A stretch of DNA of 64,000 nucleotides, from assembly GCA_963169535.1 (NCBI GenBank), contig CAUJED010000135.1, positions 3,002 through 67,001 on the forward strand. Reading direction: 5' to 3'. Shown here one piece after another: positions 41,401 to 50,316 of this stretch. Source of the stretch: Bacteroidota bacterium (GTDB lineage: Bacteria; Bacteroidota; Bacteroidia; Flavobacteriales_F; PHOS-HE28). The number at the start of each line of letters is the position of its first letter. The stretch's first letter is position 1. The position numbers and the translations under genes are program-made. Below the pieces are notes generated by a model. That model was given only the letters and a program-made list of their open reading frames with translations. It was not told the origin of the DNA and did no database searches.

Positions 41401-44400
41401 CGCCCCACTGGGACCGATGTTCGTGGTCACGTCCACCAGCACGCTTGCAGGGGCCACAAGGGTGTACGTGGCCTGTACGGCACAGCCATTGCCATCGGAG
41501 ACCTCCACGGTGTACGTGCCCGAGGTGATCCCGGTCCGGTCCTCGGTGGTGGTGCCATCGTTCCAGAGGATGGAGTATGGTGCTGTGCCTCCGCTCACGG
41601 TCAGGTCGATGCTTCCGTCGGTGGCGCCGTTGCAGGTCACGTTACTGCCATTGATGTTCGAGAGCACGGCGACCAGGTCGAGCGGCGTAGGTGCGGTGAG
41701 CAGTTCATTGGCCTGCGCCGAGCACCCGTTGGCATCGGTCACCATGGCCTGGTACATGCCCGCGCTGAGGCCGGTGATGTCCTCGGTGGTCGCCGAGAAA
41801 CCGACACCGTCCGACCAGGACACGGTATATGGGGCGGTACCGCCGCTGATGGTCAGGTCGATCGCACCGTCGGTTCCGCCTGCGCAGGAGACGCCCACGC
41901 CACCAGGATATGTGGTCGTGCTGATGGCCAGGTCGAGTGGCGAAGGAGCGGTAAGGGTGGTGCTCGCCGTTGTGGAGCAACCGTTCGCATCGGCGATGGT
42001 GGCGGTGTAGCTGCCTGGTTCGAGCCCTTGGATGGTGTTCCCGGTGGCCACATATCCGTTGGGGCCTGCCCAGGTGATCGAATAGTTCGGTGTACCTCCG
42101 GAAACCGCCAGGTCGATCCTTCCGTCCGCGGCATCGCTACAACTCACCCCATGGCCGTGGTGGTCCTGGATGCTAAGGGTGGTGGACAGTACTTCCGGGG
42201 CTTCCAAGAGGAATGTGGCGGAGCTGGTGCATCCGTTCATGTCGGTCACCTGCACATGGTAGTTGCCGGGTTCCAAGCCCGTCACATCTTCCGTGGTGGC
42301 ACCGAAGCCATTGTCGCTGCTCCAGATGAAGGTGTGGCCTCCGGCACCGCCCGTAACGGTGAGGTCGATGCTGCCATCACTGGCATCGGCACAGGAGGTC
42401 GCGGCGCCGTTGTGATCGCCGGCAAGCCCCACGACCACCAAGGTATCAGGCTGGGTCAGGGTCGATTGCACCTGGGTGGTGCATCCGTTGGCGTCGTTGA
42501 TGGTAGCGGTGTATGTACCGGCCACCAGGTCGCTGATGTTCGCGGTGTTCGCGGTGAAGCCATCGGGACCGGTCCAGGTGATGGCCCAGGGTTGGTTCCC
42601 ACCGGTGATCTCCAGGTCGATCCGACCCGTGGTGCCGTGGCAGGCGATGGCATGGCCGCTGTTGCTGGTGGGGACGACCGTCGTGGCGGTCAACGGGGCA
42701 GGCTCGGTCAGGATGCTCGTGGTCGTAACGGTGCAACCGTTGGCATCGGTGACGGTGAAGCCATAGGATCCGGGGGCGAGGCCACTGATGTCCTCGGTGA
42801 TCGCAACGAAGCCGTTGGGCCCGGTCCAGTTGAAGGTGAAGGGAGCCGTACCACCCGATACCGTCGCGTTGAGGCTACCATCGGAAAGGCCCGCGCAAGA
42901 GATGTTGTGGCCGCTGTACGTGCTGGCGTCCAACGTGGCGGCCAAGGGGTTGGGTGCGGTGATGGTGCGGCTCAGGTTCACGGAGCAGCCGTTGGCATCG
43001 GAAACGCTAACGGAGTAGCTGCCGCTGAGGAGGCCGCTGATGTCTTCGGTGTTGGCGCTGTATCCGTTGGGTCCGCTCCAGGCGTAGCTGAAGGGGGCTG
43101 TGCCGCCGGTAACCTCCAGGTCGATGCTGCCATCGCTAGAGGTGGCGCACGACACGCCCCAGTTCCCGTTGAAGGTGCTGGTCGTGGCATTGACCAACAC
43201 CGAGCCGGGTTGGTTCACGTTGAAGTCGGTTACGCGAGCGCAACCCTGGGCATCGGTCACGCTCAGCGTGTAGATGCCGGCGGCCAAGGCATTGATATCC
43301 TCCGTTACGGCGGTGTAGCCGTTGGGTCCGCTCCAGGCGAAGGTGTAGGGGCTGGTGCCACCGGCTACCGTGGCGTCCACCGCGCCGGTCGCAGAGCCTT
43401 GGCAGGCGGCCGTTGTCACCGTTCCGGAGGTGGTGAGGGGCAGTGGTTCGATGATGGTGACCAAGGTGTCGATCACACAGCCGTAGAAGTCGGCGATATG
43501 CAGGTCGTAGTCGCCGGGCTCCAATCCATCGATGTCCTCAAGTCCTGTTTGTTGACCGTTCGGAGCGGTCCAAAGGAGGGAGTATGGGGCGTTGCCTCCG
43601 GTCAAGGTGATATCGATGGCTCCATTGGCGGCACCGTGGCAGTCCACCTGGTCAATGACGATACCCAGCGTGAGGGGTTCGGCGGCACCTTGGATGGTGA
43701 CTGGGAAGTGTTTGCTGTGCGAGCATCCGTTGGCGTCGAGTACTTCCACCATGTGGAGTCCGGGTGCGAGGCCGGTGGCGGTGGCGCCGTGTACGGGCGG
43801 TTGTGTATCCCAAGTGATGATGTATGAACCACTACCACCGTCCACGTGGATCGTGGCTTCACCGTCGTGCGCGCCAAAGCACGTCTCATGCTGCACAGGG
43901 TCGAAGTAGGTGCTGATCGGTGCGGCCGGTTGCTCGATGTCGACGTTAGCACTGGCGGAACAACCGTGGGCATCGGTCACCACCACCGTGTAGGTGCCGG
44001 CGGCGAGGTCCGTGGCGGCATCGGTGGTCTGTGCCGGCGTGCTGTTCCACACGTGGTCGTAGGGCGCGGTTCCGCCGCTGGCCAGTGCGGTGGCACTGCC
44101 CGAGAGTGCGCCGTGGCAAAGGACATCGGTCTGTTCCGTGATGCTCACGGTAAGGCTGGTCAAGGGTTGGTCGATCGTGGCGTTGCGCTGGATCGAACAT
44201 CCGTTCGCATCGGAGATGGTGCAGGTCCAGGTGCCGGCGGGGAGGCCGGTGGCACTTGGGTCGGTTTGTGCTGGAGCGGTGTTCCAGGAGTAGGTGTATG
44301 GCGCGGTTCCGCCACTGGCGGTGGCGAGCGCGGATCCATCGTTACCGCCATGGCAGGCAACGCTGGAGGTCATCGAGGCGTTGCCGGTGAGAACTGGTGC

Positions 44401-47400
44401 TTCGGATAGCACGATCGGTGCCTGGCGTGTGCAACCATTGGCATCGGTCAATGTGAGGGTATAGGCGCCCGCCTGCAAGGCACTGATGTTGGCTGTTGCG
44501 GCCGTGAAGCCTCCGGGTCCGTTCCAGAGCGGGTTCACGGGGGCCACGCCGCCGGTGATGGTGGCGTTGATGCTTCCGGTCGAGGTGCCATGACAGCCGA
44601 TGTTCCATCCGCCGGTCGTTGTCGCGGCGGCAAGGGAGGCGCTGAGCGCGGCGGGTGCCTCAAGGGTGTAGTTCGCAGAGGTGGAGCATCCGTTGGCGTC
44701 GGTGAGGGTGTACGTGTACGTGCCGACGGCAAGGGTGCTGAGGTCCTCTGTGTTCGCGGTGGATCCGTTAGGCCCTGTCCAGGCATGGGTGTACGGTCCG
44801 GTACCACCGGTGATGGTCTGTGCGATGCTGCCATCGGTGGCCGTTGGGCAGCTCACGGCGAAGCCGTTGAAGTCGCTGGTGGTGGCACTGATGTTGAAGA
44901 GGCCGGGTTGGCCGACGTTGAAACTGGCGTTCGCTTGGCACCCGTGGGCATCACTTACGGTCAAGGTGTACACGCCGGATCCCAGCCCACCGATATCCGT
45001 GTTGTTGGAGGAGAATCCATTGGGCCCGGCCCAGGTCACCGCGTACGGTGCTGTGCCGCCATTGATCTCCGCATCCACCGAGCCGTTCGCGGCACCGCCA
45101 CAGACCGCGGCGGTCACTGTTCCGCTGATGCTGAGCGCTGCGGCAGGTTGAGTCACGGTCGCCGTGGCCGTTGCCGAACATCCGTTGGCATCGGTCACCG
45201 TGCAGGTCCATGGCCCGGCGCCGAGGTTGTTCGCCGTAGCGGTGTTCTGTACCGGAGTGGTGTTCCAGACGTAGCTGTACGGCATGGTGCCACCGCTCGT
45301 GGAGATGGTAGCACCGCCCGTGTTGTTGTTGAAGCAATCGACGTTGGACTGTGCCCCGATCGAGGCGGTCAATGCTGCGGCAGGTTGGGTGATGGTCACG
45401 GCCTGTGTCGTGGTGCAACCACGGGTGTCCATGATGGTGCAGGTCCAGGTGCCAGCGATAAGGTTGTTCGCCGTGGCGGTGTTCTGGGTCGGTGCGGTGT
45501 TCCAGCCATAGGTGTAGGGCGCGGTGCCACCTGTGACGGAAACGGTGGCGCTGCCGCCGTTGGCGCCGTAGCAGCGTACATCGGTCTGGGCGCTCAAGGT
45601 GGCCGCAAGTGCCGCTGCGGGCTGGGTGATGGTGACGCTACGCGCCGTGCTGCAGCCATTCGCATCGGTCACCGTGCAGGTCCATGTGCCCGCGGTGAGG
45701 TTGGTCACCGAGGCACTGTTCTGTACGGGCGATGTGTTCCACGCGTAGCTGTAAGGTGCGGTACCTCCGGTCACGTTGATGGAGGCGGTGCCGGTGTTGC
45801 CGCCATGGCAGTTCACCGGTGATTGTGATGCGATGCTGGCACTGAGGGCCGCAGCCGGTTGTGTGATGGTGACGTTCTGCGAGATCGTGCAGGAACGAGC
45901 GTCCACCACGGTGCAGGTCCATGTGCCCGCGGTGAGGTTGGTCGCCGAGGCACTGTTCTGTACGGGCGATGTGTTCCAGGTGTAGGTGTACGGTGCCGTA
46001 CCTCCGCTCACGTCCACCGTCGCACCACCGTTGTTCCCACCATGGCAGCCGGGGTTGGTCTGCGCGCTGATGCCGGTGCTCAGGGTTGCGGCGGGTTGGG
46101 TGATGGTGATCTGCTGCACCGTGGTGCAACCGCGGGCATCGGAAATGGTGCACGACCAGCTGCCCGCACTCAGGGAAGTCGCGGTCGAGGTGGTCTGTAC
46201 GGGCGAGGTGTTCCACGCGTAGCTGTACGGGGATGTACCACCGCTCACGGCCACGGTCGCCGATCCGGTGTTGCCCCCGAAGCAATTCACGTTGGTCTGT
46301 GCACTGGTGGTGGAGGTTAGCGCGCTTGCCGGTTGTGTGATGGTGACGTTCTGTGCGGCCGTGCAACCATTGGCGTCGGTCACCGTGCAGGTCCATGTAC
46401 CGGCAGGCAGGCTGTTCGCCGCTGCGCCGTTCTGTGCCGGCGCGGTGTTCCAGGCGTAGGAGTATGGCGCGGTACCTCCGTTCGCGGAGATCGATGCACT
46501 GCCGGTGCTGCCCCCGTAGCAGTTCACGTTCGCTTGGGAGTCCACACTGGTGCTTAGCGCGGCGGCTGGTCCAGTGATCATAACGCTGCGCACCGTGGTG
46601 CATCCGTTGGCATCGGTCACCGTGCAGCTCCAGGTGCCCGCGCGCAGGTTCGTGGCCGTTGCGGAGTGTTGTGCAGGCAGGGTGTTCCAGCCATACGCGT
46701 AGGGCGATGTCCCTCCGTTCGCGGCGATGGTCGCAGTCCCGGTATTGCCTCCGAAGCAAGCGACGTTGGCCTGTGCGCTGATGGTGGTGTTGAGGCTGGT
46801 GTTGGGCTGTGTGATGGTGACGCTTTGCGAAGTCGAGCATCCGCGGGCATCGGTCACCGTGCAGGTCCAGGTGCCAGCCGAGAGGTTGTTGGCCGTCGCG
46901 GTGTTCTGCACGGGGGTGGTGTTCCAGGCGTAGGCATATGGCGCAGTGCCGCCTTGGGCATCCACGGTGGCACTTCCGGTGTTGGCACCGGTGCAACCCA
47001 CATCCACCTGTTGAGCCAGGATCGCGCTGAGCGCTGTGGCGGGCTCGGTGATCGTCACGTCCCGTGTGATGGAGCACTGGCGTGCATCGGTGATGGTGCA
47101 GGTCCAGGTGCCGGCGATCAGGCCATTGGCGGTGGCGGTGTTCTGGGTAGGCGTGGTGTTCCAGCTGAAGCTGTATGGACCGGTGCCTCCCGAAACAGCG
47201 ACCGTTGCACTTCCAGTGGCTCCCGCGTAACAAGCGACGTTCGATACCGAGCCCAGACTGGAGGATAGCGCGGCTGCGGGCTGTGTGATGGTGACGGCCC
47301 GTGATGCGCTACAGCCGTTGGCGTCCGTAACGGTGCAGGTCCAGGTTCCAGCCGCGAGGTTGCTTGCTGTGCTGCTTGTCTGTTCGGGCGCGGTGTTCCA

Positions 47401-50316
47401 GCTGTAGGTGTATGGTGTTGTTCCACCGCTGGCCACGACGTTGGCACTGCCTGTGGCCTCGCCGTGGCAGTTCACGTTCTGTACCGTGCCGGCGCTGGCC
47501 ATCACACGTCCAGTGGGTTGGGTGATCGAGATGCTGCGCATGGTGGAGCATCCATTCGCGTCGGTCACCGTGCAGGTCCAGTTGCCCGCAGTGAGGCCCA
47601 CGGCCGTGGCTGCGTGTTGCACGGGTGCGGTGTTCCAGCTGTACGTGTAGGGTGTGGTGCCCCCGGTGGCCGTTATAGTGGCCGATCCGGTGGCGTCGCC
47701 GAAGCAGCCGACCGGTGTTATGTCGGCGATGGAGGTCGCAAGTGCCGCTGCGGGCTGGGTGATGTCCACGCTCATCGTGGTGGCGCAACCGTTGGCGTCC
47801 GTGATGCTGCACGTCCATGTGCCGGCCGGGAGGTTGTTCGCGGTGGGCCCATGTTGTGCGGGAGAGGTGTTCCAAACGAAGGAGTAGGGAGCGGTACCAC
47901 CGGACACGGCCATGGTGGCGGAGCCCGTGGTCGTACCGTGGCAGGCCACGTTCACCTGTGAGCTCAGCGATGCGGAAACCGCGGCCGCCGGTTGCGTGAT
48001 GGTGGCTTGTTGTGCGGTGCTACAGCCATGGGCGTCCGTTACGGTACAAGTCCAGGTCCCTGCCGGGAGGTCCATGGCCGTGGCCGTGTTCTGTGCCGGA
48101 CTGGTGTTCCATGCATAGGTGTACGGTGCGGTACCGCCGCTCGCACTGATGGTGGCCGCACCGTTGTTGCCACCGAAGCATGCCACAGGGGTAGTGCTTT
48201 GCACCGTCGTGCTTAGGGCGGCGGTGGGCCCCGTGATGGTGGCCGTTGCGGTGGTACTGCAGTTGTAGCCATCCGTGATGGTGACGGTATAGCTGCCCGG
48301 TGCGAGCCCGGTCGCCGTGGCGGTGTTCTGCACCGGAGCGCTGTTCCAGGCGTACGAGTAGGGTAGTAGCCCACCGCTGACCTGTACGGTAGCTTCACCC
48401 GTGTTGGATCCGAAGCACTGCACATGTGCCATCCCGCTCATCACAGGTGCGATGAAAGTGGGCTCGGTCATGTTGAATGATGCGGAGAACGTACACCCAT
48501 TGGCGTCGTTCACCTGTACGTTGTAATTACCGGCACCGATCCCAGAAAGGTTCTGGTTGTTGGAGTCGAAGCCGTTCGGGCCGGTCCACGCGATGGCATA
48601 AGGCGCGGTACCGCCGACGAGTGCAAGGTTCAAGGTCCCTGTGCTGGCGCCATGGCAGGCGATGTTCTCCCCGAAGGGTTGAATGGAAGGTGTGAGGGTT
48701 CCGGTGAGGTCCGCCGGTGAACCCACGTTGAAGCTGCGGGTCCGGGTGCATCCGAGGTCGTCCGTGATCACCAGGGTGTAGGTGCCCGCCGCGATGTTCA
48801 CCAGATCCTCGGTGGCCGCAGTGAAGCTGTTCGGGCCGGTCCAGCTGTAGGTGTACGGTGCGATACCGCCTTGCACCTGGAGGTTGATGGCGCCATTGGA
48901 GGCACCGGAACAGAGCGGTGCGGTGATGGTGGGGATGAGTTCCATGTTGCTCACCCTGACCTGACGGCTCATGGTACGCGAGCATGTGCCTTCATTCACC
49001 ACCACGGTATAGGTCGTGGTCTGTACGGGTTTGGCCCAGGGTGCGGCCACGCTACTGGAACTGAGCGAGTAGGCCGGGCTCCACGAGTAGTGGGTGCCAC
49101 CGTTCACCTGCAACTGGATCGAGTCGCCCCGGCAGATCCTGGCCATGTTGGGCGATAGCGTCGCGATCAGGGTGTCGAGGATGTCGAAGTTCAAGGTGTC
49201 CAGGTTCAACGCCGGGCAAAGAGGGTTGCCCAGGATGAACAGCAGGTTCTCCGTTGATTCGTTCAGGCCATCGGCGAGGGGGGTCACCGGCACGTTCACC
49301 GAGGTCTGGTTCGCCGGAATGGTCGCCGTTTTCGCCACCCCGGGGTTCACGTTGCCGATCGCGCTGTAGTCCGTGCCGTTGATGGCGGAGCCCTGCAGGT
49401 AGTAGGTGAGGTGGAGCGGGGTGGGTTGTGCCGAGGGGCGGGTGAAGGTGACCCAGCCCGGGTTGCAACCTTCCACCATGTCCGGTGTCCCGTTCAGCGT
49501 ATGGCTGGTCATGGTCACCTGGTTGCTTCGGATGCGTTCGATGAAGACGCCACTGTCGAACTTGCGGTCCGAGGCATCGGCCACCACCAGCTTCAGGTGG
49601 TAGGTCTGGCAAGGCTGTACTGCCGATTCGGCGTACAGGCCACGGGTGAAACCGTCGTACTGGATGTGCTGCCCACCCGCGTTGTCGAAGTAGTACGCGC
49701 TGTTGGAGCCGTTGTTGACGTTGTTGATGGTGACCGGCTGGTTGGTGCCCGGCACCAAAGCGATGTTATGGTCGTTGCCGATGCCGGGGTCGCCGGCGAT
49801 GCCAGGGCCACTGATGAAGAACCCGAATACATCGTTGTATTGCGAGCCCACCCATTCGTTGTATTCCTCACTCCCCAGTACGAAGTTGAATCGGAGGGAG
49901 TCGCCACTCGGGATGATGTCGAATTCGAAGAGGCAGGCGTCCTTCGTGTTGCGTCCGGTCACCACGTTCAGGAGGGCGTTTCCGCTGGTGCCCTGTTCGA
50001 AGCTCTTGTTCTCCACGCTGTTCGGGCCGATGGCGTCGGAGATCTTGCCCGAGCCGAGGATCACGCCCTCGTCGATCCCCAGGTTGCTACCGGCGTAGGT
50101 GAAGGTGCCGTAGCCTTGTGCGTGGCAGTTGATCACCGGGTTGGCGATGACCACTCCCGGCCCGGTGATGGTGGAGGCCAACGCCTGTAGGTCGGTCTGT
50201 GGGGCCACCGTGAGCTGTGCTTCGGCGACCTGGAACAGCAGCGGAACGGCCAACCCCGTGAGGATCGGTCGAAGGTTCATTCGTGCGCGCAACGGCATGG
50301 TCGTCTTCGGTGTCAT
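38464..50316 (-). CDS. Giant (3,950 aa) cell-surface adhesin: choice-of-anchor-L-like head, Calx-beta-like module, ~42 SprB-type repeats, T9SS type-B (gliding-motility-associated) C-terminal sorting domain
   Basis: Head: ...DACLFEFDIIPSGDSLRFNFVLGSEEYNEWVGSQYNDVFGFFISGPGI...YDGFTRGL...YHLKLVVADASDRKFDSGVFIE. Repeats end in ..TDANGC.. and I counted 42. C-terminus: PTAFSPNGDNDNERFVIHG...NRWGNVVYE...LPNGTYFVIL.... An alternative start is at M13 (50280, MNLRPILTGLAVPLLFQVAEAQ). Confidence 0.92.
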   Translation of the reverse strand: MTPKTTMPLRARMNLRPILTGLAVPLLFQVAEAQLTVAPQTDLQALASTITGPGVVIANPVINCHAQGYGTFTYAGSNLGIDEGVILGSGKISDAIGPNSVENKSFEQGTSGNALLNVVTGRNTKDACLFEFDIIPSGDSLRFNFVLGSEEYNEWVGSQYNDVFGFFISGPGIAGDPGIGNDHNIALVPGTNQPVTINNVNNGSNSAYYFDNAGGQHIQYDGFTRGLYAESAVQPCQTYHLKLVVADASDRKFDSGVFIERIRSNQVTMTSHTLNGTPDMVEGCNPGWVTFTRPSAQPTPLHLTYYLQGSAINGTDYSAIGNVNPGVAKTATIPANQTSVNVPVTPLADGLNESTENLLFILGNPLCPALNLDTLNFDILDTLIATLSPNMARICRGDSIQLQVNGGTHYSWSPAYSLSSSSVAAPWAKPVQTTTYTVVVNEGTCSRTMSRQVRVSNMELIPTITAPLCSGASNGAINLQVQGGIAPYTYSWTGPNSFTAATEDLVNIAAGTYTLVITDDLGCTRTRSFNVGSPADLTGTLTPSIQPFGENIACHGASTGTLNLALVGGTAPYAIAWTGPNGFDSNNQNLSGIGAGNYNVQVNDANGCTFSASFNMTEPTFIAPVMSGMAHVQCFGSNTGEATVQVSGGLLPYSYAWNSAPVQNTATATGLAPGSYTVTITDGYNCSTTATATITGPTAALSTTVQSTTPVACFGGNNGAATISASGGTAPYTYAWNTSPAQNTATAMDLPAGTWTCTVTDAHGCSTAQQATITQPAAAVSASLSSQVNVACHGTTTGSATMAVSGGTAPYSFVWNTSPAQHGPTANNLPAGTWTCSITDANGCATTMSVDITQPAAALATSIADITPVGCFGDATGSATITATGGTTPYTYSWNTAPVQHAATAVGLTAGNWTCTVTDANGCSTMRSISITQPTGRVMASAGTVQNVNCHGEATGSANVVASGGTTPYTYSWNTAPEQTSSTASNLAAGTWTCTVTDANGCSASRAVTITQPAAALSSSLGSVSNVACYAGATGSATVAVSGGTGPYSFSWNTTPTQNTATANGLIAGTWTCTITDARQCSITRDVTITEPATALSAILAQQVDVGCTGANTGSATVDAQGGTAPYAYAWNTTPVQNTATANNLSAGTWTCTVTDARGCSTSQSVTITQPNTSLNTTISAQANVACFGGNTGTATIAANGGTSPYAYGWNTLPAQHSATATNLRAGTWSCTVTDANGCTTVRSVMITGPAAALSTSVDSQANVNCYGGSTGSASISANGGTAPYSYAWNTAPAQNGAAANSLPAGTWTCTVTDANGCTAAQNVTITQPASALTSTTSAQTNVNCFGGNTGSATVAVSGGTSPYSYAWNTSPVQTTSTATSLSAGSWSCTISDARGCTTVQQITITQPAATLSTGISAQTNPGCHGGNNGGATVDVSGGTAPYTYTWNTSPVQNSASATNLTAGTWTCTVVDARSCTISQNVTITQPAAALSASIASQSPVNCHGGNTGTASINVTGGTAPYSYAWNTSPVQNSASVTNLTAGTWTCTVTDANGCSTARSVTITQPAAALAATLSAQTDVRCYGANGGSATVSVTGGTAPYTYGWNTAPTQNTATANNLIAGTWTCTIMDTRGCTTTQAVTITQPAAALTASIGAQSNVDCFNNNTGGATISTSGGTMPYSYVWNTTPVQNTATANNLGAGPWTCTVTDANGCSATATATVTQPAAALSISGTVTAAVCGGAANGSVDAEINGGTAPYAVTWAGPNGFSSNNTDIGGLGSGVYTLTVSDAHGCQANASFNVGQPGLFNISATTSDFNGFAVSCPTATDGSIAQTITGGTGPYTHAWTGPNGSTANTEDLSTLAVGTYTYTLTDANGCSTSANYTLEAPAALSASLAAATTTGGWNIGCHGTSTGSINATITGGVAPVNPLWNGPGGFTAATANISALQAGAYTLTLTDANGCTRQAPIVLSEAPVLTGNASMTSSVACHGGNDGSALATASGGTAPYTYSWNTAPAQTDPSATGLPAGTWTCTISDANGCSIQRNATIDQPLTSLTVSITEQTDVLCHGALSGSATALASGGTAPYDHVWNSTPAQTTDAATDLAAGTYTVVVTDAHGCSASANVDIEQPAAPISTYFDPVQHETCFGAHDGEATIHVDGGSGSYIITWDTQPPVHGATATGLAPGLHMVEVLDANGCSHSKHFPVTIQGAAEPLTLGIVIDQVDCHGAANGAIDITLTGGNAPYSLLWTAPNGQQTGLEDIDGLEPGDYDLHIADFYGCVIDTLVTIIEPLPLTTSGTVTTAACQGSATGAVDATVAGGTSPYTFAWSGPNGYTAVTEDINALAAGIYTLSVTDAQGCARVTDFNVNQPGSVLVNATTSTFNGNWGVSCATSSDGSIDLEVTGGTAPFSYAWSGPNGYSANTEDISGLLSGSYSVSVSDANGCSVNLSRTITAPNPLAATLDASTYSGHNISCAGLSDGSLNATVSGGTAPFTFNWTGPNGFVAITEDISGLAPGSYGFTVTDANGCTVTTTSILTEPAPLTATTVVPTSNSGHAIACHGTTGRIDLEITGGNQPWAITWTGPDGFTANTANISDLVAGTYTATINDANGCTTQVQSTLTQPDTLVVVGLAGDHNGAATSCADASDGSIDLTVTGGAGGHTFIWSSDNGFGATTEDVTGLEPGNYHVQVTDMNGCTSSATFLLEAPEVLSTTLSIQDHHGHGVSCSDAADGRIDLAVSGGTPNYSITWAGPNGYVATGNTIQGLEPGSYTATIADANGCSTTASTTLTAPSPLDLAISTTTYPGGVGVSCAGGTDGAIDLTISGGTAPYTVSWSDGVGFSATTEDITGLSAGMYQAMVTDANGCSAQANELLTAPTPLDLVAVLSNINGSNVTCNGATDGSIDLTVSGGTAPYSILWNDGTTTEDRTGITSGTYTVEVSDGNGCAVQATYTLVAPASVLVDVTTNIGPSGANITCAGGNEASMDATISGGTMPYTIAWNGPDGFIANTANIASLYAGTYTLNVTDANGCTHASTHQITEPAPVQVDLASVTYNGGYNIPCATIAIGVFNATTTGGTPAYTYAWTGPNGFTSTNEDLVSLEAGQYDLLVTDANGCTGTASATLTAPDPLEVVIAFTDFDGHQVSCIGNDGGVDVTVSGGSPQYQFDWTGPDGYASQHEDINGLSAGSYTMVVTDANGCRNDSTIILSAPEPINAAFSTNANLCADGTSGTIDLSITGGGLPYSLTWTGPDGFSSADEDLFSLVNGTYTVSVSDGLGCSGTFQTTLSGPAPMSTGTYVSFYGEYNLQCQGDSTGVINLQPTGGLAPFTVTINGPGSFYSTAFENTGLIAGDYAVSITDANGCVLDSTITLSEPPTRVEADLSLSVYPSGTNVSCFGASDGSIDATITGGNGPYVFSWRGPDEIEFANSEDIDGLPAGDYAYELVVTDANQCSFFTTVTLTQPDSALVATATATLYQGFGTTCNGISDGAINLAISGGNGGHTVTWSGPNGFSSNSSDIAGLAVGTYTATVVDINGCTAEQTVVITAPEPVVPTLNTSLFPGGTQISCASAQDGSIEVITSGGAAPYTYAWTGPNGFSSTDGMIVGLGEGTFCATITDANGCVAQSCSTLDAPAPLELAAAATPSACSANSGSVDLNVIGGSAPFQFTWDNGASTEDVSGLSPGSYSVTVVDANGCTTQAMATVTGSPALDVTAISTANLCHGAESGQVDLSVTSGTAPFTFVWSNGSTSEDLVGLGAGQYVVTVTDALGCDFTGNYTIEEPTAITMDTLLSSYAAGHHVSAYGAQDGSITTAVSGGAEPYQFSWSNGATTESISGLAAGSYTLLVTDANGCTATLTVELTQPTDLEMPTAFSPNGDNDNERFVIHGIEGNPKNLFTVLNRWGNVVYERPNYSNEWAGENSQGAQLPNGTYFVILSINGGERTLQGYVDLRR
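38726..48933 (-). repeat. Coding tandem array of ~42 SprB-type repeats (about 79-90 aa each)
   Basis: Periodic C.G...G......GG..PY...W.GPNGF.......L..G.Y...VTDANGC pattern through aa ~462-3860 of the giant ORF. Confidence 0.85.
45150..48471 (-). repeat. Sub-array of 14 contiguous, highly similar 79-aa (237-bp) repeat units
   Basis: Units share the framework TITQPAAALS....NV.C.GG.TGSATV.VSGGTAPY.Y.WNT.P.QNTATA.NL.AGTWTCTVTDANGC. Boundaries come from MTEPT (48471) and TVTQPAAALSISG (~45150). Confidence 0.8.

Noticed and set aside
40894-47233. Long ORFs inside the adhesin gene (40894..43827 +, 44590..45822 +, 45638..47233 - in another frame)
   Set aside because: Their translations are periodic only because the underlying coding repeats are periodic. 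The composition is Gly/Arg/His-rich nonsense. The in-frame 3,950-aa reading has clear domain signatures end to end.
38726-48933. Regular ~237-250 bp periodicity that might be mistaken for a CRISPR array or satellite
   Set aside because: The units are contiguous with no spacers, far longer than CRISPR repeats, and lie in one open reading frame encoding SprB-type protein repeats.
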